Part shown: positions 9,801-19,178 of the stretch, in pieces
How positions within the stretch are numbered: position 1 is the stretch's first letter
Layout: every line of letters starts with the position of its first letter
Origin: a virus
Reading direction: 5' to 3' (one strand)
IMG/VR virus record: IMGVR_UViG_3300022924_000016
Span: 64,001 to 128,000 of that record
Length of the DNA: 64,000 bases
Made by a program: the position numbers and the translations under genes
The notes under the pieces: generated by a model
The model's database searches: none
What the model saw: only the letters and a program-made list of their open reading frames with translations
What the model was told of the DNA's origin: nothing

Positions 9801-12800
9801 GTAACCTATGATAGAGCAACAGTTTCATGGACTTCAATAATTCTTGACAAATCTGAGAAATACTCTACCTCATGTACTTATTTTCTACCCGATAATTTAG
9901 AATGCGAACCTATACCTTACCAACAAGGGGAATTTGCCTTTTGGGAAAGTACTAGGACATATCCTGACAATAAGGACTTATACGACAGTAGCGGATTAAA
10001 AATTGAGCCTTCCGACATACCTTCTGATTTAAGAAATAAGTTTGAACAGTATTATGCCGAAGGGTTAGACGACGACAACTACTATACGCTTAAAGAAGGT
10101 GCGGATTTCCGATGTGCAAAAATACGACACCCAAAAATGCCAGATAATAGAGTAGCGCCTTTTATTGCAAATCAAGAGATGCCGTCTTTTACGGACAGTT
10201 TTATATACCCTCTAGGAGTGCATTTGGATGCTAGAGTGGTTGAGGGCATGTTAAAAATCGCAGTCAGAAATAATCTTATGACTCAGAGGGAAGCCGACAA
10301 TGTTTTCGGATTTGAAATTTTGAGAGGGGATAACACTTACAGTAAGAGTGTTATTTCAAATGGACTAATGTTTGATATGTATCAATATGACAGGGATGAC
10401 AAACAGTATCTTTATTCTAATTTTCCTTATAATGATTTAGGAGGAGATTTGTATCATAAGCCTAATAGAAGTGCAAGTAATGTAATACAGCACCCTTATC
10501 AAGGAGAAAAAAATAATAAATTTACTTATATTTCTCCTGACCTGCTACATACAAAAACTCAGCTTGGTACAGAAATTTCTATACAGGGGTACTTAAAAGG
10601 AACGGCAAAAAGTAATTTTACTGAATTAGAAGACCATCCTAAATGGACAATATTAGGAAGAAAAGCCAGAAATACAGCAACCACTCTAGCAGTTACAGAG
10701 GTTGTATTAGAAACGGCTATCAGTGTAGCAGAACTTACGTCAAGCCAGTTCTTTATGGCAGGGTTTGTTGTAGGTACAAGTTTGGGACTTGTGGGTGCCA
10801 TACTAGCAGGAGTTGCCTACGCCACGAGCGGGTTTGTAAAGTCAGGACAATACAGATATGACTGGATTAAGTCTTTTAGAGATATCGGAGCTTCTTACAA
10901 CTTTGCTTATTATGGGTACAGTTTAGGAAAGTATAACAATATTATAGTAAACAGGGATGATGCAAATTATTTCAAACCTTTAAGTATATCAAGGTATCTG
11001 CCAGACGGGGATTTCTCTCTAGTCGATACAAAAGCGGGAGAGACTTACAACATAAACAATTTCCAAAGAGAGGGATCGGTATTTCTGGCTTTAGGTGATA
11101 ATTTTTTGGAGTACTCTCAACAATACCAAAGCATAGATAACTCCAATATAAAAAACACTTCTTCAAAAGCTACTTCTAGTACTATAGGCTGTGATAAGAG
11201 AGAATTTTCTCCTGATATTGCAAGTCCCTATGTAACTATGAAAAACTATGTTCCTGACCAATATGGAGATATCGATACGGTGAGATGGCTTACGACAGGG
11301 AAGATTTTTGAATTAGGAGTATCCAACAGCTGTGAACCCGTATTTGGCGGAAACATAAATATAACAAGATTCACCTACAAAAGAAAAATACCGTTTTTTA
11401 GAAGAACTGCTTTTGGAACTCCCGATAAGACAACTTACGAGTATTCGACAGCAAGTAACATAGGATTCCCAAGATTCTACTGTGATTATGAAACAGATAC
11501 CGAATTTGACGGATTTCTAATACCTATGCCAGACATTGATTCTGACTACGAGTTTGACTGTAAGCCAGGAGGGAATAAGTTTTATATCAGGCCTTCAAAA
11601 TTCTACACAGCCTATTATAGTGTGGTAGATTTTCTAGTAGAGTCGGAGATGAACTTGAATATGAGATATGCCAATAAAGATATAAATACGCACTTCTATC
11701 CAGTAGTGCCTAATTTGGAATTCCTCACTCAAGAAAAGAACATATCTATAAAAGAGCCTAATTCTATTCTATATAGCAATGTATTTTCTTTACCTAGAAT
11801 TTACACAAATACTGTAAATCTTCCCACAAGTTATGACAGAAAAAAATGGAATCAAATATCGCAAAACGTTAATGAAATTATATGGTCAGAACTGGATAAT
11901 AGCGAATATGACAACTTTTATGATCCATACTTAGTTTATAAGCCTTTGAACTCTTATGATTTCGATACCGATTCGGGTAAATTGAAAAGCCTAAAAGAGT
12001 CTACAAGAAATCAGGCAGTTGCAAGGTTCACAGATGGGATGCAAGTTTTCAATACTGTGGACAATCTCGCAGAAAGAATAACAGCTCAGACAAAAGAACT
12101 TGGAACAGGAGGAATATTCACAACAAAACCTGTGGAGTTTGTAAAGAGTTCTCTTGGATTTACAGGTACTCAGCACCATAATGTAATTGAGACTGAATTT
12201 GGAGACATCCATATAGATTCTGAAAGAGGACAGGTTATATTCCTAAGCAATGGGGCGGATAAGATAGAAGACATGGCTTACAGCTTTTCAGGAGAGATAT
12301 CCAATATGCAGAGGTGGTTTAAGAAACAGCTTCCATTTAAAATAAAAAGATTTTTCAAAGACGCTGACATAGACAATCCGTTTCTAAAATTAGGAATTTC
12401 AGGAGGGTATGATGCAGTAAACAAAAGATTCTTTTTGACAAAATTAGATGCTGTTCCGATATCAGACTGTATTGAGTATGATCCTGAGACAGGGTTTGTA
12501 TTAAACCTGACAAATTGTGAAGGAGAAGAACCACAGCCGACCTGTTCGCTAGGTTTTACTTACAATCCAGAAACTGAGTTATGTGAAAGAGTCAGTGAAG
12601 TTTCTGCTTGCCCTGCGGGATTCATTTATAATGAAACAACCCAAATGTGTGAAAAAACAGAAGCTTGTGGTGAAGGTCTTGACTTAGTTTTTATATTAGA
12701 TGCAACTTCATCTCAGCAAGGTGCAATAGACTCCATAAAAAATGCTATATCTACAGAAATAGTTCCTGCAATCATATCTCAATTTGGAACAAATTACAGA

Positions 12801-14192
12801 TTAGGGCTTGTGGCAATAAAGGATAGGAGATTTGTAGGTGCTGCATTATTTGACAACCTTGTACCTATGACTCTTTCCAATGAATCTGCAATAAGTTCTG
12901 GGCTAGCAGGAATAGTAAGCGAAGGAGGCGGGGCAAGTCAAGAGCCTAGTGATATGGCTTTAGAAGCTGTTCTTAACAACACAGGAGAAATTGATCCTTT
13001 GGGTACACCAATAGCAGGCTCTATAACAATAGGCACATTCCGACCTACTTCTTCAAAAGCTATCATACTTGTAACAGACAGCTTGCCATCAGGTTTAAAT
13101 GATAATTACAGATTAGAAGATTGGTTGCATGCTGATCAGTTGGCGGACGAAGCTTCAAATAAGCAAATACAGATATTTCCTTATCTCACTTCTCCAACTC
13201 AGGCAAATCCTATACCCCCAGGAGTTAATCCACCGAATGTAACTTATCTTATGCAAAACTATGCTAACAAAACGGGAGGAACTTACTATTTTGCACCAAA
13301 CGGCTTGAATATAAGTGACGGTGTAGTAGATGCAATTCAAAGTGTTGGATGCGAGGTAGAGGAGGTTCCACCTGAATGTTCTTCAAATTGCGAAATATTA
13401 GAAGGAATGTGCACTTGTATTTTCACGGAAACTCCTACTTATGAAGACATAAGAATACCTATTGAAGTTTCAAATCCTGAATACTTTGAAGATAGATCTT
13501 GGACTATAAGCTATAAATTTGAAAGAAAAGGATGGAACAGCTATTTTAGCTCAACTCCAAATTACTACAATTCCCATCAAGATTTTTTCCAAGCGGGATT
13601 TAATTCAAATCAGTCAAAACTGTGGTCACACACTTTGGAGAATACTTCCTTTCAAGTCTTTCAAGGAGAATTAAAACCTTTCTTAGTAGAGACAGTTTAT
13701 GCAAATAAAAATGCAAGCAAGCTTTTAGATAACTTAAGTATAAATTCAGAAGCTTTGAGATATCAAGACAACTGGTCATATTCAGAGTGGGCGAATAAAG
13801 GGTTTAATAAAGCCATTATTTATAATAATACAAATAACTCGGGAAAACTAAACTTGAAAGAGCAAAAAACAGTCTCTGATATAAGAAAATATCCGATAAC
13901 AAACCCTGATAACACTCAAGACATCTTATTTGTTCAACAAGATGAGAAACAGCACATAAACTATTTCTATAACCGCGTAAAAAAAGAGAACAGAAATATT
14001 CCGCAATGGACTTGGGATGATAACAATATCTACAGAGAGATTGACAGAAGAGCGGTAAATTTCGCAAATAAAAAACTTCTAGAAAGAATGAGAGGAGATT
14101 CATTCATAATAAGACTTGAAAATGATTTAGAGTCTAGATTTAAGATTAATTACAAAAACACAGAAAACGATGCCACCTATTACGACAATTAA
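6816..14192 (+). CDS. tail stabilisation/nozzle protein (P22 gp10-like, crAss-type) with inserted Cys-rich repeats and vWA domain
   Basis: RGMNRE N-terminus, YWEDNLNPPR, GYMRDEV, ELGTGGIF, WTISY...W.S motifs; LDLVFILDATSS vWA MIDAS; GTG start. Confidence 0.75.
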   Translation: MQQKKEISLPLRGMNRENNIDRLQDGEFVFALNSDTNGQVTHNEPSNYLNVNFPEGYKVIGFKKNALKNVTYYFLTNRETSKSSIGYVEDFLTFHENEDPQENCVGCGNANVLSEPLEQTTQTAENIYVELINDNCLDIGKGLNFKDIYPIKHIVIKNEQSGTTIYWEDNLNPPRWLNVSDTSYLFEVEIPCEDNDITNCIDIKKLLQFPEHSPLSIQAVSRNVGGNLRMGSYEYFACYCDKNGAEMSEYSSSSGVIKIFNENDRILDSTELDDLTSFSIKLNILNLDPKYRYYKVVCVERGVLNSDIFAYEEGIFSTSNDTVLSTSSGRIYTNTQRDSLISPKKEVQLNDIFFRKPKIEKAEGEAVIGSRKYIHGVKRREEVNIQPVVNLLSSLMKWQTVITNEELYKDGVISADYMGYMRDEVQPFSLRLLFKDGGKSYNFPIISRPANSEDLETGFSDLMGDISGCDSTDRDYKWQYINTAKVEKTCSIATSGTEVIQAESRVCVVRGVDEISANTIEIELNTEFDNLKDYIADNPSVIIPEITPYLLNPYPESHCIPVFGTVSTSGNLTEGKNYIIYDLQPGDDFSNVGFTTEGTVFTATGNTPVSWSNQTEVEETVCDTPTLDEFKVSINTVEGEFVNREESAFPESYEDFPSSSCNFYEASSAGGYVRDTTFEYLYMMRLGIPDNTRKTVLKRSYNSTNEGCSSASDIINISAINNNAQRYFINYRGGETRAELETAKEAYLTELTGVNGFGEKIQSGALWFKANTLNRNKFILEVSKTQEAPANDDIIETTVNPTQKVRVSLFHKCSDTQAFYGEIIPIRTQGLKYRIESYRNTDSRLVITGTSGSASVIINLESYPMVFDTDIDTTINNFMLENGTELEENGIRISIEDGIISLRSAITLTVNVDNLAGDLDGTSQNDIVIINNTVIPLVNPFASGDMFVAIDPWVNQTLGLPKDDTQENGYDPEATPVVKFRTAPPDGCFAVVTRDVTYDRATVSWTSIILDKSEKYSTSCTYFLPDNLECEPIPYQQGEFAFWESTRTYPDNKDLYDSSGLKIEPSDIPSDLRNKFEQYYAEGLDDDNYYTLKEGADFRCAKIRHPKMPDNRVAPFIANQEMPSFTDSFIYPLGVHLDARVVEGMLKIAVRNNLMTQREADNVFGFEILRGDNTYSKSVISNGLMFDMYQYDRDDKQYLYSNFPYNDLGGDLYHKPNRSASNVIQHPYQGEKNNKFTYISPDLLHTKTQLGTEISIQGYLKGTAKSNFTELEDHPKWTILGRKARNTATTLAVTEVVLETAISVAELTSSQFFMAGFVVGTSLGLVGAILAGVAYATSGFVKSGQYRYDWIKSFRDIGASYNFAYYGYSLGKYNNIIVNRDDANYFKPLSISRYLPDGDFSLVDTKAGETYNINNFQREGSVFLALGDNFLEYSQQYQSIDNSNIKNTSSKATSSTIGCDKREFSPDIASPYVTMKNYVPDQYGDIDTVRWLTTGKIFELGVSNSCEPVFGGNINITRFTYKRKIPFFRRTAFGTPDKTTYEYSTASNIGFPRFYCDYETDTEFDGFLIPMPDIDSDYEFDCKPGGNKFYIRPSKFYTAYYSVVDFLVESEMNLNMRYANKDINTHFYPVVPNLEFLTQEKNISIKEPNSILYSNVFSLPRIYTNTVNLPTSYDRKKWNQISQNVNEIIWSELDNSEYDNFYDPYLVYKPLNSYDFDTDSGKLKSLKESTRNQAVARFTDGMQVFNTVDNLAERITAQTKELGTGGIFTTKPVEFVKSSLGFTGTQHHNVIETEFGDIHIDSERGQVIFLSNGADKIEDMAYSFSGEISNMQRWFKKQLPFKIKRFFKDADIDNPFLKLGISGGYDAVNKRFFLTKLDAVPISDCIEYDPETGFVLNLTNCEGEEPQPTCSLGFTYNPETELCERVSEVSACPAGFIYNETTQMCEKTEACGEGLDLVFILDATSSQQGAIDSIKNAISTEIVPAIISQFGTNYRLGLVAIKDRRFVGAALFDNLVPMTLSNESAISSGLAGIVSEGGGASQEPSDMALEAVLNNTGEIDPLGTPIAGSITIGTFRPTSSKAIILVTDSLPSGLNDNYRLEDWLHADQLADEASNKQIQIFPYLTSPTQANPIPPGVNPPNVTYLMQNYANKTGGTYYFAPNGLNISDGVVDAIQSVGCEVEEVPPECSSNCEILEGMCTCIFTETPTYEDIRIPIEVSNPEYFEDRSWTISYKFERKGWNSYFSSTPNYYNSHQDFFQAGFNSNQSKLWSHTLENTSFQVFQGELKPFLVETVYANKNASKLLDNLSINSEALRYQDNWSYSEWANKGFNKAIIYNNTNNSGKLNLKEQKTVSDIRKYPITNPDNTQDILFVQQDEKQHINYFYNRVKKENRNIPQWTWDDNNIYREIDRRAVNFANKKLLERMRGDSFIIRLENDLESRFKINYKNTENDATYYDN

Positions 14193-15942
14193 GTCTTTTC
14201 AGAATGACCCTTATGAGCAGTATACCCGAAAAGTGGCATCGGCAGAAAGTGGAGAAAAAACAACCGCCAAAAATCCTTTCGGTGCGGCGGGACTTTTCCA
14301 ATTTGTACCTTCTACTTGGAGAAATCTTACTCAAAAATATAATCTGAATTACTCTCAAGATGACAGGCTAGACCCCGAAAAATCTAAGCAGGTAATGAAA
14401 CTGTTCACGGAAGAGAATAAAAAACAGCTTTCTAAAAGATTAGGTAGGCAACCTGATGACTACGAACTTTATCTGGCACATGGGTTTGGAGCGGCAGGAG
14501 CGGGAAGATTAATCGAAGGTGTAAATAAGAACCCAAACATAAGAACAGATCAATTTTTCTCTCCCATAATTTTAAAGCAGAACAGAACCCTTTTATATAA
14601 CAAAGACGGTTCTGCAAAAACTTTAGGAGATATAAGCAACCACTTCAAGGCAAAGATGAGTGCGCCTGTAACAAGGTATACAAATAGTGAAAAACAAATA
14701 ACACCACAAGAAACAGTCCAAAACCTTCAAGAAGTTAATAACAGATTAACAGATTTGGTATTTACCAAAGAACTCCCTAATTTTGCAGGAACTTCCTATA
14801 TTCCCGACGAGGATGAAAATATACAAAAACTTGAACAAAAACAGGCGGAAAAAGAAATAATAAGAGAAAAGGAAGTCGTAGTACAACAAGCACCTCAAGA
14901 AGAGTCTCAACCTATTCAAGAAGATACTACAGAATACTATATAGATCCCAATCAAACTTACGCTGAAATAGACAGTTTCTTACAAATGCAAAAAGGGGGA
15001 ACTCTATACGTAGATAATACTAATGACCCAAGATATCAAGCGTACCAAGATAGTTTATATCTATATGAAGAGAACAGACAGACTAAAGAAGATATGCAGA
15101 AAAGACCTTTAGTGTATATGGGAAGCTTGAGAGACGTTGATAATAGTAATAACGGAAGAGTTTTTGATATGAGCGTTACTGAGGATGATAACGGAAGACA
15201 AATCACAGGCATAAACCCAATTTCCCGTACAACTTTTAAGAACACCATAAAAAATCCGATACAAGGTAGACCTGATATAAACACTCAAATTTCAATAGGT
15301 AATTACAAAAAGCCAGAACAAACAGTTACTATAAAAAATAAAGCAGGTTATCAACCAAAAGCCGAAATTTACAAACAACAAAGAGAAATACAAAGTACAG
15401 TCTCAAAAGTAGAGGAGCAAGGAGTAGCCCAAGTTTATAATAACATTGTACCTCAAGCAAGTTTAGAAGTATTACCAAATGCTCAAATACCAAACAGTTT
15501 CAGCCTATCAGAATACAATGAGAGAATGAATAATGCTCAAGGCTATGGTTCGGGTAGGTATGATGAAAACGCAGACATTCTGAAAGCTGAGAGAGCTTTG
15601 GATTATCAAGAGAAATACAACCAAGATATAGAAAGGCGTTACAACAATCCCGAAGCTCAAAATAACCCAAAGGCTCAAGAAAGGTATAATACTTTGAGAA
15701 ATTACCTGAATATAACTCCAAACTATCAAATAGGAGGAGAAATACCGACCTCACCTTTGGGTATGTGGCAATATCCAAATCAAACAGTAAGAGTACCGAG
15801 CGGGAACATAACAATGAATTTTATGAAACACCCTATAGAGGCAATTTCAGAACAAACAGGTGAAAGAGTAGTGTTAAGACCCAATGAAAACTACTCTTTC
15901 AAAAATACAACATCCGTAATAGAAAAACCCATAAGACTATGA
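14170..15942 (+). CDS. virion-associated lytic transglycosylase (SLT-like) internal protein
   Basis: AESG catalytic Glu, AAGLFQF, YLAHGFG motifs in N-terminal ~160 aa. Confidence 0.8.
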   Translation: MPPITTIKSFQNDPYEQYTRKVASAESGEKTTAKNPFGAAGLFQFVPSTWRNLTQKYNLNYSQDDRLDPEKSKQVMKLFTEENKKQLSKRLGRQPDDYELYLAHGFGAAGAGRLIEGVNKNPNIRTDQFFSPIILKQNRTLLYNKDGSAKTLGDISNHFKAKMSAPVTRYTNSEKQITPQETVQNLQEVNNRLTDLVFTKELPNFAGTSYIPDEDENIQKLEQKQAEKEIIREKEVVVQQAPQEESQPIQEDTTEYYIDPNQTYAEIDSFLQMQKGGTLYVDNTNDPRYQAYQDSLYLYEENRQTKEDMQKRPLVYMGSLRDVDNSNNGRVFDMSVTEDDNGRQITGINPISRTTFKNTIKNPIQGRPDINTQISIGNYKKPEQTVTIKNKAGYQPKAEIYKQQREIQSTVSKVEEQGVAQVYNNIVPQASLEVLPNAQIPNSFSLSEYNERMNNAQGYGSGRYDENADILKAERALDYQEKYNQDIERRYNNPEAQNNPKAQERYNTLRNYLNITPNYQIGGEIPTSPLGMWQYPNQTVRVPSGNITMNFMKHPIEAISEQTGERVVLRPNENYSFKNTTSVIEKPIRL

Positions 15943-18900
15943 GCTTCGATAATTTAAAAAAATTCCTTACATTACCAAAAATGCAATTTGGCGGAGGATT
16001 TGATCCAAATAATCCTATGTCAAGATATGATTATACTTCACCATTTCAATTTCCGCAAAGCCAGCAAAATCCGAATTCGGGAATGTCAGTCTATAGTGGG
16101 TATAATCCCGATTTGCAATATCAGCAGGCAAATCCTTATTATGGGATGAGTGTGAATAGCGGATATGCACCAGCCCAAGCTCCCGCACCTGACATAAACT
16201 GGCTTTCGGATTTGACTAAAACCATGAGTCAAAATATCCAATCCGCACAAAACCCAGTAACTCCAATAGCACAAAATACATCAACAGTCCAGACACCCCC
16301 ACTGACGGCATATGATGATGGGTCAGCTCCTCAGCTAGGGGCAATCAGTTCAAATTATAAATCACCCCAAACAAACATATCGAATTTGAATACCCAAGGA
16401 GGTTACCAATTTAATACTTCGGGTAATAACGTAACAGCAGGGCAAGCTTTAGACGCACAAACAAATTATAATAAACAACAGGCAGAACAACCTCTCAAGT
16501 TATTCAATCCGTTTGGAGGAGTAGATGTATCAGCAGCATTACAATACGGTTTCTATAACGCTGGACAAGGGAACGGAGGTCAAGCCACACTAGGTTTTGG
16601 AAAAGGACTATTAGGCTTAGCTAGGCAGGGATTTAGTGCATACGGAGCAGGGAAGGAACAGAGAAACCTTATGAATCAGCAGAATAATCAACCTATTTAC
16701 AACTCAACACCTCTAGAAAAAGGGGGATTTGTAGATTATATGCAAAAAGGAGGGTCGGTAAGTGTAGGGAAGTTTCTAAGTGGTAAATATATTACTGACT
16801 CATCGGATCAAAATGTTGAAATAGAAAAAAATGAATTTGTGTTGAATGCAAAAGATGGCCAAGTACAAAAAGCTATCGGAGAAACTCACGAAAAAGGAGG
16901 AATTAAAACTAATCTGCCCGAAGGTTCGCAAGTTTTATCAGACCATACAAAAATCGGTGCAAAAAATGCTAAAGAGTTATCTAAAGAATTAGATATTAAA
17001 GTGAAGGCTAAAAATACTTTTGCAGATGTTTTAGACAAATATTCAAAGAAAATTGGCGTAGAAAAAAATATAGAAGAGGGAGAAAAATTAGTAAACCAAA
17101 CAGAAGAAACTCTAAAACTTGAAGAAACAGACACTAAACAAATAAATTTAGATTTCATTCAACAAGAAACAGCTAGAATAGAACAAGAAAAAGAAGAATT
17201 GAACACGCAACAACAAGAAGCTTTTAAGACAATTTTCGATAAGCAGGAATCTCAGAAAGGGAACTTTTTACAGGAGGGAGGAGAAACTGTAGCGACAGCT
17301 ACTCAGGAAGAAGAAATAAATCCAAATGATATAGTAGTCCAAGTTCAGCAAGCAGTTGCTCAGGGAGCACCTATTGAAGAAATAGTGAACAATCTTTTGT
17401 CGATGGGATACTCAGAAGACGAAGCATCTCAAATCATACAAGCTTCACAATCAGAACAGCAACCTCAGATGCAAGAGGGAGGCGTAGCAGGAGAGCCAGG
17501 AGCAAGAATAGGTGACTTTTTAAAATCTGCTAATTTAATAGCACAATCAAAAGGGGTAGAGCCTCCAAAACTTGATTTAGAGAAAGGAGATATCACAAAA
17601 AATTGGACAGAGCTTCAAAATTGGTTTGTAAAAAACGCGCCAGAAGAAGTAATAAGCTACTTTGACGAGCAACCTATTACTAACAAAGGTATGGAAATAC
17701 TTTTAAAGAATAATAAGACAGCTCTTAAAAACTTAGGTATTGACACCAATAGAAAACCTAACAGTTTTAGCCTAGAAGAAAAAAGAGCAATCCAAGAAGC
17801 TATTCCTTTAGATGATAAATTTATTTTAGATCAATTTGCAGACGGTAAAGTAGACTACAGATTTCCACAAGTAAGTGCGAATTCACTTTCTTCAATCACT
17901 CCTCAAAATCAAGCAATAAACGCTTCTATGGTTTCGCCAAGTGGTAATGGATTTCAAGAGCAAGAAATGACTGCTCAAGCTACTGATAATAATACTCAAC
18001 AGAATTCCGCGCAGAGAGGAAGAAATGTAATCCCGATGTTACCTGTCCTTGAAGGACTTACCCCTAGTGCCGCGCTTATTCCAAGAGCAGACCAAGTAAG
18101 ATTCAATAGGCTAGAACCTACTTTAAGAACACCAGAGGCTTCAATAGCCGCAATAAATAATCAGACTAATTTTGTAAACCAGCAGGCATTTCAGTCAAAT
18201 CCAAATCTTGCACCTTTCTTAACGGCAACAAATTTAGGAACAACACAACAGTCTGTAAATAAAGCAATAGCAGAAACAGACGCTTATAATGCCGAGGCAG
18301 TTAATAGAGCCAATACTTACAATGCAAATGTAGGCGATAAAGAACAGTTGATGAATATAAATCTCGGTCAAAACTATGAGCAAAGGTTATTCAAGACTAT
18401 TGATAATCAAGAGCAGGCTTGGAGCAGATATCTGGTAAACAAGCAATTGCAAAACAAGCAGAATTGGATGGACGTAAATAATTTGAATTTGACAAATGCA
18501 ATGACGCCTAATTATCAAACTGACGGATCAAATGTGTATTTTTCAAATCCAAGAGATTATTCAACTAGAAGTGAACAGGACATACAGTTTGATAATTGGT
18601 ATAGAAATGCAACACCACAAGAACAGATAGCGTACAGAAATAGCGTAATTTCTAAAAAACAAGATGGTGGGTATATTTATGAGTTTGAAGATGGTGCTCA
18701 GCCTATGACTGACCAGCAAGCTAGAGAAGTGGCACAAGCAACAGGTTTCACAGAAGATTTTGCAAGAGAGTATTTCAGACAGCAAGGGGCAAATCAAACA
18801 CCTCAATATCAGCAAGCTCCTCAAAGACCAAGAGTCAATCTTGAGACGGATATGATTGCAGATATAACTTCGGGAACTAATAGATATACACCTAATGGTG

Positions 18901-19091
18901 GAGTTATCGTAGGAGACTATAAAAAAGTATGGCTCAATAACAGACCTGAGACTTTCACAGCAAGAACCCAGCCACAGGAGGGAAGGGATTTTACATACCT
19001 TTCACCGCAAGATTTTGTTAAATTTCAGCAAAGTCAGAATTACAAGCAGTATAAGTCTGGATACAAGACTTCAAACATAGCTTCTCGATAA
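15939..19091 (+). CDS. internal virion (cargo/ejection) protein
   Basis: Q/N-rich low complexity, GETHEKGG motif, repeated xQxGG motifs, no Cys. Confidence 0.65.
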   Translation: MSFDNLKKFLTLPKMQFGGGFDPNNPMSRYDYTSPFQFPQSQQNPNSGMSVYSGYNPDLQYQQANPYYGMSVNSGYAPAQAPAPDINWLSDLTKTMSQNIQSAQNPVTPIAQNTSTVQTPPLTAYDDGSAPQLGAISSNYKSPQTNISNLNTQGGYQFNTSGNNVTAGQALDAQTNYNKQQAEQPLKLFNPFGGVDVSAALQYGFYNAGQGNGGQATLGFGKGLLGLARQGFSAYGAGKEQRNLMNQQNNQPIYNSTPLEKGGFVDYMQKGGSVSVGKFLSGKYITDSSDQNVEIEKNEFVLNAKDGQVQKAIGETHEKGGIKTNLPEGSQVLSDHTKIGAKNAKELSKELDIKVKAKNTFADVLDKYSKKIGVEKNIEEGEKLVNQTEETLKLEETDTKQINLDFIQQETARIEQEKEELNTQQQEAFKTIFDKQESQKGNFLQEGGETVATATQEEEINPNDIVVQVQQAVAQGAPIEEIVNNLLSMGYSEDEASQIIQASQSEQQPQMQEGGVAGEPGARIGDFLKSANLIAQSKGVEPPKLDLEKGDITKNWTELQNWFVKNAPEEVISYFDEQPITNKGMEILLKNNKTALKNLGIDTNRKPNSFSLEEKRAIQEAIPLDDKFILDQFADGKVDYRFPQVSANSLSSITPQNQAINASMVSPSGNGFQEQEMTAQATDNNTQQNSAQRGRNVIPMLPVLEGLTPSAALIPRADQVRFNRLEPTLRTPEASIAAINNQTNFVNQQAFQSNPNLAPFLTATNLGTTQQSVNKAIAETDAYNAEAVNRANTYNANVGDKEQLMNINLGQNYEQRLFKTIDNQEQAWSRYLVNKQLQNKQNWMDVNNLNLTNAMTPNYQTDGSNVYFSNPRDYSTRSEQDIQFDNWYRNATPQEQIAYRNSVISKKQDGGYIYEFEDGAQPMTDQQAREVAQATGFTEDFAREYFRQQGANQTPQYQQAPQRPRVNLETDMIADITSGTNRYTPNGGVIVGDYKKVWLNNRPETFTARTQPQEGRDFTYLSPQDFVKFQQSQNYKQYKSGYKTSNIASR

Positions 19092-19107
19092 ATTTTCAAT
19101 TAACGAA

Positions 19108-19139
19108 TTTGTATAACTCAAATTAAATCATTAAATTTG
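19108..19139 (+). promoter_or_regulatory. Bacteroidota promoter (-33/-7)
   Basis: TTTG 19108-19111, 20-nt spacer, TAAATTTG 19132-19139. Confidence 0.65.
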
Positions 19140-19173
19140 CCTGCTTTACATCAAGAAGTGGGCATTTTTATTT
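19138..19173 (+). terminator. terminator-like hairpin overlapping the promoter
   Basis: TGCCTGCTT-9 nt loop-AAGTGGGCA followed by TTTTTATTT. Confidence 0.55.
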
Positions 19174-19178
19174 AAAAT

